Made by a program: the position numbers and the translations under genes. The notes beneath the pieces are model-generated. The model was not told the DNA's origin, did not search any database, and worked only from the letters and a program-made list of their open reading frames with translations. Source: Eledone cirrhosa (taxonomy: Eukaryota). Taken from it: DNA of 64,000 bases. The stretch's first letter is position 1. Each line of letters opens with the position of its first letter. The stretch covers positions 158,720,001-158,784,000 of the forward strand of contig OZ024743.1 in NCBI GenBank assembly GCA_964016885.1. Reading direction: 5' to 3'. Positions 33,310-48,429 of this stretch are shown piece by piece.

Positions 33310-34270
33310 CATTACAGAGTGAAGCTTTATCAACTTGTAGTGGCAGGCTTAGCTGTAGCAGTGCCTCAATAATCAGCAGTGCCATAACCAAACGAGGAGA
33401 GTGACTGAGGTTAGAGACAAATGATAGGAAAACCAAGAGAGTTGGGCTTAATACATCCCAAGTTATCGTCGCAGATAATTTCATCTATGTCGGCATAATT
33501 ATTTTAATCTGCTTTTCTGTCGTTTCGGCAAATTTAACTCTATGAGAATTTCGCTACAGATTCATCAAGGATCATTTAAACTATTCATTTATTCTTGACG
33601 AGTCTTTAAAAAGAGCGTAGTGACCCAGTTCAAGTACCTAACGTGGTCGATAACATATCTACCAATCTACTATGTTCATAGTTCTAAATTTATTGGTTGG
33701 GTCTGGAGGAAGGGGTTGCGCTTATGGTTTTTGTAGCTCTCTCTTAGAAGTTGGTGCCCAAGCATGATTGTAGCTTGGTGACTGAAACCTGGAAAAGACT
33801 CTATATAAAAGAGTATGCCATTATTTTATTTGTTGGTTCTCTCACACATACATATATATACATACATTGTATATACCTACCTACTTATCTACGTACATAT
33901 ATATATGCATGCATGCATTCATGCCTGCACCCATGCATGGGTGCAGGCATGAATGCATGCATGCATAAATATTTGCATACGCACATGCATACATACATAT
34001 ATATATATACATGTGTGCACATATATGCACACTCGTACATACACATAAATACATTCACACATACATACGCATGCACATACATACACATATAGAATAGCTA
34101 GTGAGGGGGACATGAAGCTTTATATTGCAAATATGATCGAAATTAGAATTTGAGTGGCATTTTGCTGTGAATATACAGTGTGGACTTGTAAGCTAAACAT
34201 TATCATGCTTGCATCTAATTACTTATATACTCCAATAAGTGCATATATATATATATATTATATATATATA

Positions 34271-34375
34271 TAATTGTTTCTACTTTTGGCACAAGGCCGG
34301 GAATTACTCAGTGTATTACTGGTACTTTATTTTATCGACCCCGTAAGGATGAAGGCAAAGTTAACCTCGGTGGGG
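34271..34375 (-). mobile_element. 5'-truncated SINE
   Basis: Reverse complement of 24083-24190 with few changes. Confidence 0.85.
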
Positions 34376-35466
34376 TTGTAACACAAATATATCAAATAGT
34401 GGAATAAGTTATTTAATGTGAGGAAAAAGAAAAGTTTAAAGTTTCGGATGCTTGTCTTTCTTTCTGTACAATGAGAGAGAGAGAAAGAGAGAGAGAAAGA
34501 GAGAAAGAAAACGGAGTGGGAGAAATAGAGGGGGAGGGGGAAAACGGGGGAGAGTAGAGAGAGAAGGTGTGGGGTAAAAAGAAGTAGCGAGAGAGGGGAA
34601 TAGAGGGGGCATAGAGGGGATCGATGGGAGGGAGGGAGAGAAAGGGAGAGGAGAGTGAGAAGAGTGCGTGAAGAAGAGTGAGAAAGTGTGTGTGAGTGTG
34701 TGTGTGAGAGAGAGAGAAGAGAGAGGTTGGGTAAGACATGAGATAATGTGGGTAGTGGAGGGAAACCAACGATATTTACGAATTATTCGCAGAGTTCATG
34801 TGTGCTCACCTAGATCCCATTATCGAAGTGATTCTAACCGCGACCACACAGTCATCTTTTCTCTCCATGTAAAATGTATCTAGTATTACATGATGCAATA
34901 GGTTCCTCATTTTTAAGACGGTAGAGTGTGGTTTGAGAGAAATTCAGCTGCTGCATCCAATAAAGCAAGCGATATCGTAGAGAATAGCCCTCGTGTTCGT
35001 CTTTACGAATTAAAAATTTCCGAATTTAAAAATTCAAACAAAATTTGGCCTTGTACATAATTGAAAAGAAAACAATATATACCAGGAAAATAAATGCAAT
35101 TGTTATGTATTGCATCCTATCGAAGATTTCTACATCAGTGGAAAGAAAGCTTAGAGATTAATATAGATTGGCAATGTAGAAAAACAAAATCACATAAAAG
35201 AAAAAAAAAACAACCCCAAAAACCTTCACTCAATGGTAAATGGGATTAAAAACAACGACTTAAAAATAGTATTTGTAGTTGTTCCGCGTATTTATAAGTA
35301 CGTAGGTCTGTGTATATCGTGTGTACAAATGTTGGTGCCTATGTTATGTTTATATCTATGTCTTTTGTACAATTCTTCACCCCCAACGTATACACAATGA
35401 ATACTGTCTCCCATGAAGAGTAAATGTATGTTTGTCTGTATTTTGCTGGATTTGTTATTCTCTCTG

Positions 35467-35468
<2 letters not shown>

Positions 35469-35531
<63 letters not shown>

Positions 35532-35543
35532 TTTATATATATG

Positions 35544-35605
<62 letters not shown>

Positions 35606-35680
35606 GTACATAAATACGCCTTTGCTCACATATATGTATGTATGATGTATGTAAGTATATGTATAATATAAATATGCATA

Positions 35681-35747
<67 letters not shown>

Positions 35748-35953
35748 TTATGCATACACATGTATATATAGATGTGTATATATATGTGAGTGTGTTTTTT
35801 TTGTGTGTAAATACAAACATACATACATAGACACACACCCATGCTCACACACACACACACATATATACAAAGATATATATGTATATATAGATATATGATG
35901 TTTCTTGTGTGTGTGTGTGTGTAAATATATATATATATAATATATATATGAAT

Positions 35954-36034
<81 letters not shown>

Positions 36035-36407
36035 ATTTATGTATTTATGTACATGCGTGTATATATATATATATATGTGTGTGTTTGTGTGTGAGTGCGT
36101 GTACCTCTGCGTGTGTATGATTCTCTGGTTGGCTCTGTGTGATTTGCGACTTTTGAAAAAATCAAAAGGAAAAAAAAAAAAAAAGAGAACGCATAGTTGG
36201 TTTAATCTGGAAAGTATGTAAAAAATCAGAATAAGAAATATTATTTAATAACGAAAAACGAAACATTGATATGAACAAAAAAGTTAATTTTCTGAGTAAT
36301 GTTACGTATAAAAGAATACAGCTTATTAATTAGAAAATAAAACATACTCAATGAAAGCTTTTGCACGCATGCATACACAATTTGCGCATTTATATATACA
36401 TATCTAT

Positions 36408-36494
<87 letters not shown>

Positions 36495-36501
36495 TATATA
36501 C

Positions 36502-36589
<88 letters not shown>

Positions 36590-36806
36590 ATACTTGGGGA
36601 GGGTCACATTTGTGTAATAATATTGCCAGAATTAATAACAGAACTCACTCACTGTTTGGTTGGTTTTCGCTTCTGTAACTTTTATATCGGTTAATTTAAT
36701 TTATTCGGTCCTCAATGTTACCATTGACTGACCAACGGTCAAAAATACAGATACAGTATAGACACAAACACATATATATATAGTCTAACATATATATATA
36801 GTCTAA

Positions 36807-36892
<86 letters not shown>
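35469..36892. repeat. Cluster of long (TA)n, (CT)n and (TG)n microsatellites
   Basis: Directly visible; source of the YIYI pseudo-ORFs. Confidence 0.95.
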
Positions 36893-36900
<8 letters not shown>

Positions 36901-37029
36901 TAAACAGATACAGCACAAACATACACGCACACAGTTATTCATGAATATATCTAATATATATTTTGAAAAGATTGACTGAGTGTATGTCCATTTCTCATTC
37001 CACACTTTCATATTTATGATACAATCGCT

Positions 37030-37530
37030 TATTCTTTCCTTTCTGCAAGTGCAAGTCGGTTGCCTCGACGCGTTGCCTTCAATGACAACGTCAGAAGGAG
37101 CCTTGACGCGACCAGTTCCCCATCACAACTGTAGCCTGCGGCTTGACTGCGGTGAGGGAAAGCGCCCAGACAAGATAACCCTCTTCCCATTCGAGGGAGG
37201 TAAATTTCTAATTTTGTTACGTTACGAGTTGCGACACGTTCTCCGCCTTCAACCTTGTCGTTTCGGCTATAAACCCAGGCATTAACGCTTGAAAGGCGGA
37301 GGAGAGGAAGATAGACAACTGCTAGATGTTTACCGACTGTTTTCCTTTCCTGCCCATCGCCGTTAAGATCTTTGACGTCCCTGGTCCCCGAACTGCGGTT
37401 TTCCTCCGCAAAATTGAGAGGAGTGTATCCCATCCGAGGTAGAGTGGCTGATGCACCGGCTGTCACCGGCTGTCACCGGTTGTTCTGCGCGGCAATGACC
37501 CCGCCGGTTGTCCGGGGGCACATCTGAAAT
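37030..37530 (+). pseudogene. Decayed 3' RLE region of a CRE-like non-LTR retrotransposon
   Basis: Reads across frames as ..[36 protein letters not shown], resembling the CRE-type G.RPDG.T..P RLE motif. Confidence 0.65.
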
Positions 37531-38454
37531 ATCCTACCTGGGAAGAGATGCAGAGTCAGTCGCTCTTTCCCCCATTTTCCTTAATTTCGATATTCTTGCC
37601 CCTTCTTATAATCCTACTGAAATGTATTGAATAAAGTATTTATATTTATTAGCCATTCACTCTCTCTATCTCTTTCTATTTCATATTTCTCCTTCTATCT
37701 TACTCTCTTCGCTTTCCTAAGACGTTCTGATGTTGTCATGTCGAACGCTCTCACGTTGTATCGCTATGTAATCTTTCCCCCTTTATCTCATCTCATCTCT
37801 CTCTGCACCTCCCCATCTCTCAATATTTTGAAATGTTTCTTATTCAAGAGTTGTCATTTAAACAATATGTTTGATGCGGCCGGTTTGTCACCACAACTGA
37901 AGTTATGCGTACAGAGAAGATAACCCATTTCCCGTTTGGTGGAGGGGCTAAATCACTAAACTGTGATGAAATGTGCCGCGGCACGTTCTCCTCCACCGGC
38001 TAAGTTACTTCAGTCCCAATTCAGAGAAACGGAAGATATAAAAAACCGGGATTGACCGACCGGTTCCTATTCGTGCCAATCTTCGTCAAAAGCTCCGGTA
38101 TCCTTTGTCTCCTTGGTAATACTTTCGTCCTCTTATCGTAAGATACGTACATTCTGCTCCTCCTTATGCCATTTCAACTTTTTTAATGTGTAGTTTCTGT
38201 TTTGATTATTTCTTTTCCGGTTAATCATGCGACAAATATTGATGTAACAATTTGTTTCTTTATTTGTGATAAAAACCCAATCGTTATTTCATTAACCCTA
38301 ACCAAAAAAGAAAAAAAAACCCAGGCACTATGTATATGTACGGTACTACGTATGTAAACGTATGTTTGTGGGTAGGGATACACCTATACTATCAAACATT
38401 CTTGCTCACATGTATACACACATGCGCGCGCACATATACTCGCCATATATATAT

Positions 38455-39907
38455 AATTAAAGAAAGAAGAGTAACATGGTTGGCTGTACAATAAGGGCTT
38501 TATTCACAGTGCTGACAATTGTTTCGTTGATCTGGTACGTCTAGAGCTCGCTAATCGCTTGATGTTGCGTCAATCGATCTCCAATACTTTGCTTACAACC
38601 AGTCAATACATCAGAGCGAGTGGATATGAGAATAATACGCAAGGCATGGCTTTTATAGAAGAGTAGTGTTTTATAACATCAGTAACAACATATCTAGATA
38701 GTGAATAATTAAAACAATAACATCCCCAAAATTAATGGAAGACCACTTAGACTTTAACGTATGAAATCCGCATTCTCACACAGCCTACTTCAGAACCATA
38801 AACTTCTATAAACACCTTCCAGCCTCCCTACATCTATACCACCAAGATAGGACGGCAATGTCTACAAACATTTATCAATTATATTGTCAGCCCATAAATC
38901 AATCTCGTCTTTGCTGTTGTTTATTCTTTCGGACCACACAATTATATCTACATTTCTCATATTAGCACCCATGATCTCTAACAGATGAACTTAATTATAA
39001 GTACATTATCTTATTACTCTCACACTCCTTTGAAACTCTTATTTTCTTCTTCTTCTTATTATTATTATCATCTCAATGTACCCTATCCCTAATTTTATTC
39101 ATCATGTTCTCTATCTATTTACCATGCATGTTTTATTGTTGATATTTGGTCTTAATTATACGCTATTTTGTTATTGGTGTTGCGAAAACTAAACCTCCAT
39201 GATTCGAACTAGCAATCCCAAAATTTAGAATAAACCACCTAAACCTTAACATACTGAATCCACAATTTCCCTTAATACCAGCTACCATAGAACCATAAAT
39301 CTCTATACACTCCCTCCATCAATCTCACTAAGTTGATAAAACAGGAGAAAATCCTACTACAAGCACTTATCTGTCAAACCATAAATCAATCTCCGTTTTA
39401 TTGTTGGTCGTGTTTCAGACCCACAGCTCATTTGTATCTAAATCTCTCATAATTGTACTTAAAGTGTAGATTCCAAAATCTGACTCTAAGTACATTTTAT
39501 TATTTACCCCTTCATCTAAGATAATTCATCCCTTTACTACTACTTCTAATGTACCCTATGGCGGATTTCGCATGTCATTTCATACATCTGTATCATCTCT
39601 GTTTGTTTACCATGCTTGTTTTATCATTATAGTATTGATGTTATTGTTTTAATTATTCACTATCTAGATATTTTGTTACTGATGTTATTGTTCTGGTCTA
39701 ACACCACTCTTCTATAAAAGCCATGCCTTGCGTATTATTCTCATATCCACTCGCTCTGATGTATTGTAAACAAAGTATTGGAGATCGATTGACGCAACAT
39801 CAAGCGATTAGCGAGCTCTAGACCTACCAGATCAACGAAACAATTGTCAGCACTGTGAATAAAGCCCTTATTGTACAGCCAACCTTGTTACTCTTCTTTC
39901 TTTAATT
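38455..39907. mobile_element. Non-coding element with ~270-bp terminal inverted arms and an internal diverged ~500-bp tandem duplication; PLE-derived
   Basis: 38455-38723 is the reverse complement of 39637-39907; internal cccaaaatt..aaccac.t..ttaac..aatcc at ~38725 and ~39217; arms carry a hammerhead-like motif. Confidence 0.8.
39751..39853 (+). ncRNA. Type-I hammerhead-like motif with long stem II and variant core; mirror copy on - at ~38509-38616
   Basis: gct-CTGATGT-...caac-GAAA-caattg-TC-agc: palindromic stem III (ACAATTGT), GUC triplet, stem I gct/agc; position 9 deviates from consensus. Confidence 0.55.
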
Positions 39908-40182
39908 GTTATTACTCCAAGTATAACCTACATAGAAATTACCGCGAACTCGCTGCATCACTATGAAAGCGTCTTGTTGAGTCAAACTAAGCCACACGTT
40001 AAAACCATCCACAGCACGCAGTAATCTAACTGGAATACCTCTAAGTGGATTACCTATAACGATAACTGGTTATCCCATATACATATATATCCGAAACGCC
40101 GTCCCCCCACCCCACTTTCAAGAGTGTGAAACTAATAAACCTTTGTTCGTACTGCCTCTCTGTTTTGTTCCCGTTCCATTTT

Positions 40183-40222
<40 letters not shown>

Positions 40223-40913
40223 AATGGAAGCTTAGTAAAATCGAAGCTTTGGCTGTGGCCAAGCTAACGACCTACAATTAGTAATGAGCAGCAAACCACT
40301 CAATAAGGTTGCAAGCCTTAGGGTAATAACATACGTTGACAAATTGAAAATTGCGGTAGGTAAACCTAGCCACACAATACCCAAAACAACGAAAAAACTA
40401 ATCAGGTTAGACAACTGACCTGGACAAATCGAACGATATTTTGCAATACGTCCGATAGGTTTCCATGAATATCCGAAATCAACCATCCAACTTACGTAAT
40501 ATGTAAGCCTGTGGTATTCCATGATCGAACAGTGGATTCACGTCATCAACAGGAATTTCTTTCTATGCCTCAAGCCGGTGTGGAATGCAACACCGAACTG
40601 CTACCGTTGGAAGCCCTCACTGTTTCACTCTTACGTGTTACTTCCAACAAGGGAAGTAACCCCCGGTTTTTGGCGAGTAAATTCAAAGTGTGAACAATGG
40701 AAATCAATTCCGTTCCACATTCCGAATAAAAAGCTCTCGACTAGACGTTATTAAACAAACATAAATAATTAACCAATCAATGGAATTGTCTAATTAAATT
40801 AATTAATTAATTATTATGTCTAGGAGATAATAATACAAGTGGAAGCTTAGTAAAATCGAATCCAAGCTTTGGCTGTGGCCAAGCTAACGACCTACAATTA
40901 GGAATGAGCATCA
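40223..40913. repeat. Element bounded by ~70-bp direct repeats (40223-40292, 40839-40913)
   Basis: tggaagcttagtaaaatcgaa..gctttggctgtggccaagctaacgacctacaattag repeated. Confidence 0.8.
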
Positions 40914-40924
40914 ATATATATATA

Positions 40925-42563
<1,639 letters not shown>

Positions 42564-42602
42564 ATATTAAATAAATGGAATCTATATTTATAAAACCATA
42601 TT

Positions 42603-42663
42603 TATTCTATTATATATATTTCAAGGGTACCAAAACTTTGGTACACTCTCATCAGATAAAACA
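42603..42663 (-). ncRNA. Minimal type-I hammerhead motif, mirror copy in the left arm
   Basis: Reverse complement of 42793-42853 with intact CTGATGA...GAAA...TA. Confidence 0.75.
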
Positions 42664-42792
42664 CAAAGTTTGTTTTATAAATATTGACATAAACAGGAAG
42701 AACTTAAGGGTTTAAGTTTTTCCTATCCAGGAAAAACTTAAACCGTTAAGTTCTTCTTCCTGGTTATGCCAATATTTATAAAACAAACATTG

Positions 42793-42853
42793 TATTTTAT
42801 CTGATGAGAGTGTACCAAAGTTTTGGTACCCTTGAAATATATATAATAGAATA
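42793..42853 (+). ncRNA. Minimal type-I hammerhead ribozyme motif (canonical core)
   Basis: Stem I tattttat/atagaata (8 bp, one GU); CTGATGA 42801-42807; stem II gagtgtacca/tggtaccctt; GAAA 42834-42837; palindromic stem III ATATATAT; predicted cleavage after AUA at 42845. Confidence 0.78.
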
Positions 42854-42989
42854 AATATGGTTTTATAAATATAGTTTCCATTTATTTAATATCATTGAAT
42901 ATTATACTCCAGAAAACTTGTCGAGTGCTTTGAATCAGTTATAAACATTTATATTTGTTGAATTACCAACAAATTGAATATCCCTTTTG

Positions 42990-43059
<70 letters not shown>

Positions 43060-43062
<3 letters not shown>

Positions 43063-44636
43063 TACTCACTCATGAATCAAGTTTCCTCGATCTAATAAAC
43101 AGTACTCTTTCCATTTGTCTCGATCTAACATTATCACTCCAAGATCTCTTAAATTTCCTCCTGTGCCAGCATATAGCATATCCAGATACTTTGTTGCAGG
43201 GCGACCTCAACTTCTATGACCGTGCACGGGCTTCCATAAAAGAACACGAATGACTCACTCGTTTTTTGCCCTGTAACAATTCCCCGCAAACATATCCTTC
43301 TTAGACAAACAATATCTGACTAGGAAGGACTATCTAGATAAAGTTATCCATTTGTGCCTCTCTGTCGCCAAGATATGTTGAAAGCGTGTCTCAGGAGTTT
43401 CGTGTAACATCCATTTAGTCTGTTTCGAGGGTTTTATTAAACTTCCATGCTTCCGACACACTTTCACCTGTGGCTTTGAAGAACATACGCTTTAGTCTCC
43501 TCGAGAGAGATGATTGCCATATTTTGTTAAGTTTGTTTATGGCCAACCATGTTAATACTTCTCTGATGTTGATTTCTTTTTCCGTTGACCAGATTCCTGC
43601 TCCGAGATATTTGAAATTAGAAACGTTTTTAATAGTTTCGCTATTTGAAGCGCTCAGCTGACCATGTGTATTAAATATAATAAATTCGGTCTTGGTCTCA
43701 TTTATTTTCAACCCTACTTTTATCGCCGCTTCTTATAGTCGAGTGAAAAGAGTTTGAGCATCTGCTATATTGTTTGATATTTGACAGATGCCATCTGCAT
43801 AATTCGTGCTAATATTCGTGATAATATTCCCGGATGAAGTTGTTTCCTAGAAGTAGTTCGGTTTAAAGTAAAACCGCAATTCTCATGATCTTAAACAGTA
43901 CATCTCATAATGTAATCTATCACTATAATAAAAATGTATGGAGACAGAGTATTCTTAATTTCAATGAAATCAGTCTCGCCATCACCAGACATGACTTTTG
44001 CCATGGCATTCTCGTACTCGACATGGCTCGAAGAATTCTGTGAGCGAACCCATAAATTTGAAGAATTTTCAGTATCTTCTCTCGATTTATTGAATCGAAG
44101 GCCCTTTTAAAGTTTATAACTGTAAAAACTGCTAGAAAGTTCTTCAACTTCACGCCCTCAGTAATTCGTCCAAGAGTCAAAATTTTAGAGATTGTAGAAC
44201 GACTTTGTCTGAACCCGTTTAGATTAATTCTCAATAGAGGTTCAACATGAGGTCGTATCCTATTCAGCAACATCTTGTTATACACCTTTGCTGCCATTGA
44301 TGTGTGACTTATTCCTCGATAGTTTTCTGGAAGACTAAGATTACCCTTCTTGGGAATGGGAATGGGAATAGTGCCACTCCTTGACCATATTATTGGTTAA
44401 TTTCCATTGAAAGTCATATTGCATACACGGAGCAGCTCGTTCTGAGTGAATCAACCTTTCATACTTCTCCCGGAATTCCATCGATTCCAGTAGCCTTGCC
44501 ATTCGGCAGCTCCCTCAAATATTCTTTGAGCTCATTTACAATAAAGTCGCCGGTAGGTATGATCAGCTCTGTAACACTGCCAACGTTGAGGTTTAACAAT
44601 TCATTGTCGTCATCACTTATTTCCAATGTACTGATA
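43060..44636 (-). pseudogene. Decayed RTE-group-like LINE reverse transcriptase (exact clade uncertain)
   Basis: AAKVYNKMLLNRI, NGFRQSRST, NFKRAFDSI, KINETKTE, FKYLG in ORFs 43923-44297 and 43415-43711. Confidence 0.75.
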
Positions 44637-44638
44637 CC

Positions 44639-44721
<83 letters not shown>

Positions 44722-44726
<5 letters not shown>

Positions 44727-45453
44727 TTCGCTCTACATGGCTGAATACAATAAATGTAACCTGAGTTTTTCGAATATTAATAATAATATTCGATTCATTT
44801 GCAATTATGTAAACAAGCCTCACTTTTAAAGCCATGTCAGTAGAATGAGCCCCTCATTCTTGCTCTTGTGTTGGCATGTAAACAGAACTGCAGACACTAA
44901 TGTTTCTGGGCATTACCTTTCATCAGCACAGCTCACTGTTCACCTGCCAACTGTCAGAGCTAGTGAAAATATATGCTATTTTCTAAAATATGCAGTGACT
45001 GATCAGCCTGATTTGCATATTAGTAGACTGCATATTAGCAGATCCACTGATCAGCCAGATTTGCATATCAGCAGACTGGCCAGTCAGTTTCCTGTATACG
45101 ATCGATCAATGGCTGGCTTTGTCATATCAAAAAAATAAAAAAAATTTCGCTTTACATGGCTGAATACAATAAATGTAATCTAAGTTTTTCGAATATTAAT
45201 AATTGTTTCTACTTTAGGCACAAGGCCAGCAATTATCCCAGTGTATTACTGGTGCTTTATTTTATCGACCCCGTAAGGATGAAAGGCAAAGTTAACCTTG
45301 GCGGGATTTGAACTCAGACCGTAAAGGGCCGTAACTATTTGTTGCAAAGCATAGCGTCCGACCCTCTACTGATACTGCTAAACCATATTCGATTCGTTTG
45401 CAATTATACAAACAAGCCTTATTTTTAAAGCCATGTCAGTAGAATGAGCCCCT
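44722..45453. repeat. Direct repeat of ~130 bp (44722-44852; 45142-45452, second copy interrupted by a SINE)
   Basis: aaatttcgct.tacatggctgaatacaataaatgtaa ... gccatgtcagtagaatgagccc twice. Confidence 0.85.
45201..45384 (-). mobile_element. Near full-length tRNA-derived SINE
   Basis: Sense strand has A-box-like tagcagtatcagt and B-box gagttcaaatccc followed by the shared body; absent from the paralogous repeat at 44772-44795. Confidence 0.88.
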
Positions 45454-46602
45454 TATTTGAATAGGGCCAGCCATTGATCGCTCGTATACAAGAAACTGTC
45501 TGCTGATATGCAAATCTGACTGATCAGCCAGTCTGCTAAGTTCTCGTTACAAAGTTCTTATTGTATTTGCCTTTAAAAATATGGCTCTACTTGTTTTTTT
45601 TATAAGTGTAATTTGGTTGGTTGATGACTGGTACGTGAATAAGTATATCAACTTTCACGCCAGTTCGTGTTTGAGGGTACTTTATTGCCATTTTCACAGT
45701 CACATGATTTGTCATAGAGAGTTTTGTGCCAAACAAAAGATAATAGGCAAGAAATGGGAGGGAGAGAAATCGTTCTGGTTCAGTGAGTATGCCTGATGTG
45801 CTGAGGTGTCAGAATTCAGACTTTCTATTGAAATAAATTGAATGTTTGTGTCGAATATAGTGGCGGGGTGGCGGCGGCATGGTAGAAAATAGAAATATAT
45901 TTTTTTTATTTGTGTGTGGATGTGTGTGTGTATGTGTGGGTGTGTGTGTGTATGTGTGTGTGTGTATGCGTGTATGTGTGTGTGTGTGTGTAGGAAAATG
46001 ATTCCATTAGTAGAAATGGAGAAGAGTGTTATGTGTGTGAGTGAGGGGGGGGGGGGTAAAACGCATCTTACAGTATATTTAGCTTTGGTCTTTTATTTTC
46101 GAATATAGATAGAAGAGGGTGTTATATGTGTGTGTGTATGCGTGCGTGTGTGTGTGCGCGCGTGTGTGTGTGTGTGTGTGTCTGTGTATGTGCCTGTGTG
46201 GATGGTTAGCATGTTATAGTGTTAACATATTAATGTGTATTAAACTATATTTAATGCTGATCTATATTTTTGAATAAACATTTTCCTTATTTATTCGTAT
46301 TTGGTCTGTTGTATTGTCAGTGCAAAGATAAAGTGGGAAGACTTGGAATTTGGGCATCTTATCGATTGCGCATATGTCTAGATGTGCACTGAGCGGTATC
46401 TGTTTTGTGGTAGGGTCTTGTAATTGTTGCCGAAGGAAATTCTGCTCCAAAGACAGTACCCACTGTTATTAATAGATCATGGAATAGAAAGGACCAAAGC
46501 ATGCATATATACAAACTTAAAATTAACAAATAAAGGACAAAACCACGAACGGAAACAAAACTAAATAAATATCAATTTCTTAAGGTTATATATATATATA
46601 TA

Positions 46603-47460
46603 TAATAGTAGAACACTGGTAGGTTATATCCGTAGTAGTAGAGCACACAGTCCATGGGACGAGTTAGTTCACCATTACCGAAATCAATTGTTTCCTCTTA
46701 TTCGGGTCATCAGCTCGGTTTAAATGAGGTTGTACGGAAAAGGAAAATCAACTGTACAAATACATATGTGCAGAAACAGTCACTTCCCCAGGGCGAGGTA
46801 AACCCACGATAGTGAGGGAAATAACTGTGGATGCTCGGAATAAAATATTCATGTTATTCAGAATATTATAGATTGTTCATGTTAGTTAATCTGGAGCTTT
46901 GTAATTACATAATAGGTATTTCCAGACGTATGGACGACGTGAAAAACACTTCATTCCTTGAATTTAGGCAAGCGCTATTACGTATCCTCTTAGGATATTG
47001 ATCCTTTCTTCAATGCACAACACACAAGGCGCATTCCCATTTCCGTATGGCTCGGACTTAGTAATAACTTTCCATCGGATGGAGTAATCTACGCCTGTGT
47101 CCTTGAGGGACCGAACGTGGCTCGCGAGCTTCGTGGACGATCGTTTGTTCGAGTATCTGAAGGTCGACTGATGATTCAGGAAGCGTTCCTTAAACCGGCC
47201 CTCCGCCATATCTACATAGGATTTAACCTCTTGTTGATTTGGTCGGTTAGAAGTGACAGCAGCTTCGTAAATTACAGCGTGTGTGTTACATTGTTGTGGA
47301 AGGGGACAAGCTTCAGGCCTTCGGCAAGAACATCCTGGTGGTGGTGGTGGGCTGCTCTTAGGGCTGTTGGTGATGTGGGCCTTCATATTCTTAGCACAGG
47401 AGTATCCTAGTATCACCCTGTGTCTGTTAAATATGGAGCGGTATTTGTGACCTATGGGAT
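46603..47460 (-). mobile_element. Penelope-like 3' fragment (GIY-YIG endonuclease plus terminal region)
   Basis: ORF 46964-47416: CSCR..CPL..C..VIYEA.V..YV..AEGRFKERF.NH..TF..LC..E, the PLE GIY-YIG pattern. Confidence 0.85.
46677..46719 (-). ncRNA. Decayed minimal hammerhead motif downstream of the PLE ORF
   Basis: accgag-CTGATGA-cccgaataagag-GAAA-caattg-at-ttcggt; 6-bp stem I, but U16.1 appears mutated to A. Confidence 0.6.
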
Positions 47461-48243
47461 AGCTATAAAGGTGGGTCTGTATATTTTAATTCACCTTTTT
47501 AATTATAATGTATTTTGCACACTTTTCGTAGACTTTATGTCTTTCACTCTAGTGGTTCTCTACCTCTCGTAATTGAAAACAAACCCTTTTGTGTTCTCCT
47601 CTATATATTATATTATGAAGAGCCCGGTACTTATTCCTTGAGCTCATTAAATTACAGGGGATTAACGCGAGTCTTTAACTCCGTTCTTTCATTTGATATG
47701 TTGGCTCCTAACTAATTTCTTTATGTTAATTGAGCTTTTTAAGTTGAATGGGTATAGGTTGCTATTTCTAGCGTTTTTTTATCCATTCAAGCCACTATGT
47801 ACTGTCTGGTGCGCATGCGTTCGTCTCTTCTCTCACCATGTGGGATATTTCAGTTGTCTAAAGTCTCTTTATAAGTGTCGACCATATCGTCTTTATAAGT
47901 GTCGACCATGTCGACTATGTCGCCGATAAGCCCTGAGAGGTTATGGCACCGACACTGTTTATGGCGAAACATCTTCTTTGAGTTTGTCCAGATGTTTTAT
48001 AGTTATAAAGGTGGGTCGGTACATTTTAATTCACCTTTTTAATTATAATGTATTTTCCACACTTTTCGTTGACTTTATGCTTTTCACTCTATTGGTTCTC
48101 TACCCCTCGTAATTGAAAACAAACCCTTTTGTGTTTTCTTTTCTATATATTGTATTATGAATAGCCCGGTACTTATTCCTTGAGCTCATTAAATTATAGG
48201 GATTTAACGCGAGTCTTTAACTCGTTTTTTTTTTCATTTGATA
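47461..48243. repeat. Direct repeats of ~240 bp spaced 540 bp apart (pLTR-like)
   Basis: tataaaggtgggtc..tttaattcacctttttaattataatg..aacgcgagtctttaactc at 47464 and 48004. Confidence 0.85.
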
Positions 48244-48429
48244 TATATATATATATACACAGTTCAAGAGTAACCAATCTTAAAGAGAGAGATGGAGATA
48301 GGAGAGGAGAAGAGATATTGGTGAATTAGTTAGAAGCCAAAGCGTAGAGGCATGTGCTCAATGTGCAATATGCAGTGGAAGGCAGCTAGGTGGCTGGGTT
48401 CATGCAGAGGTTAGGTGCACAGAGCTGGA

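Noticed and set aside
47925-47980. Hammerhead-like ctgagag...gcgaaac between direct repeats
   Set aside because: Core incomplete; stems I and III cannot be formed
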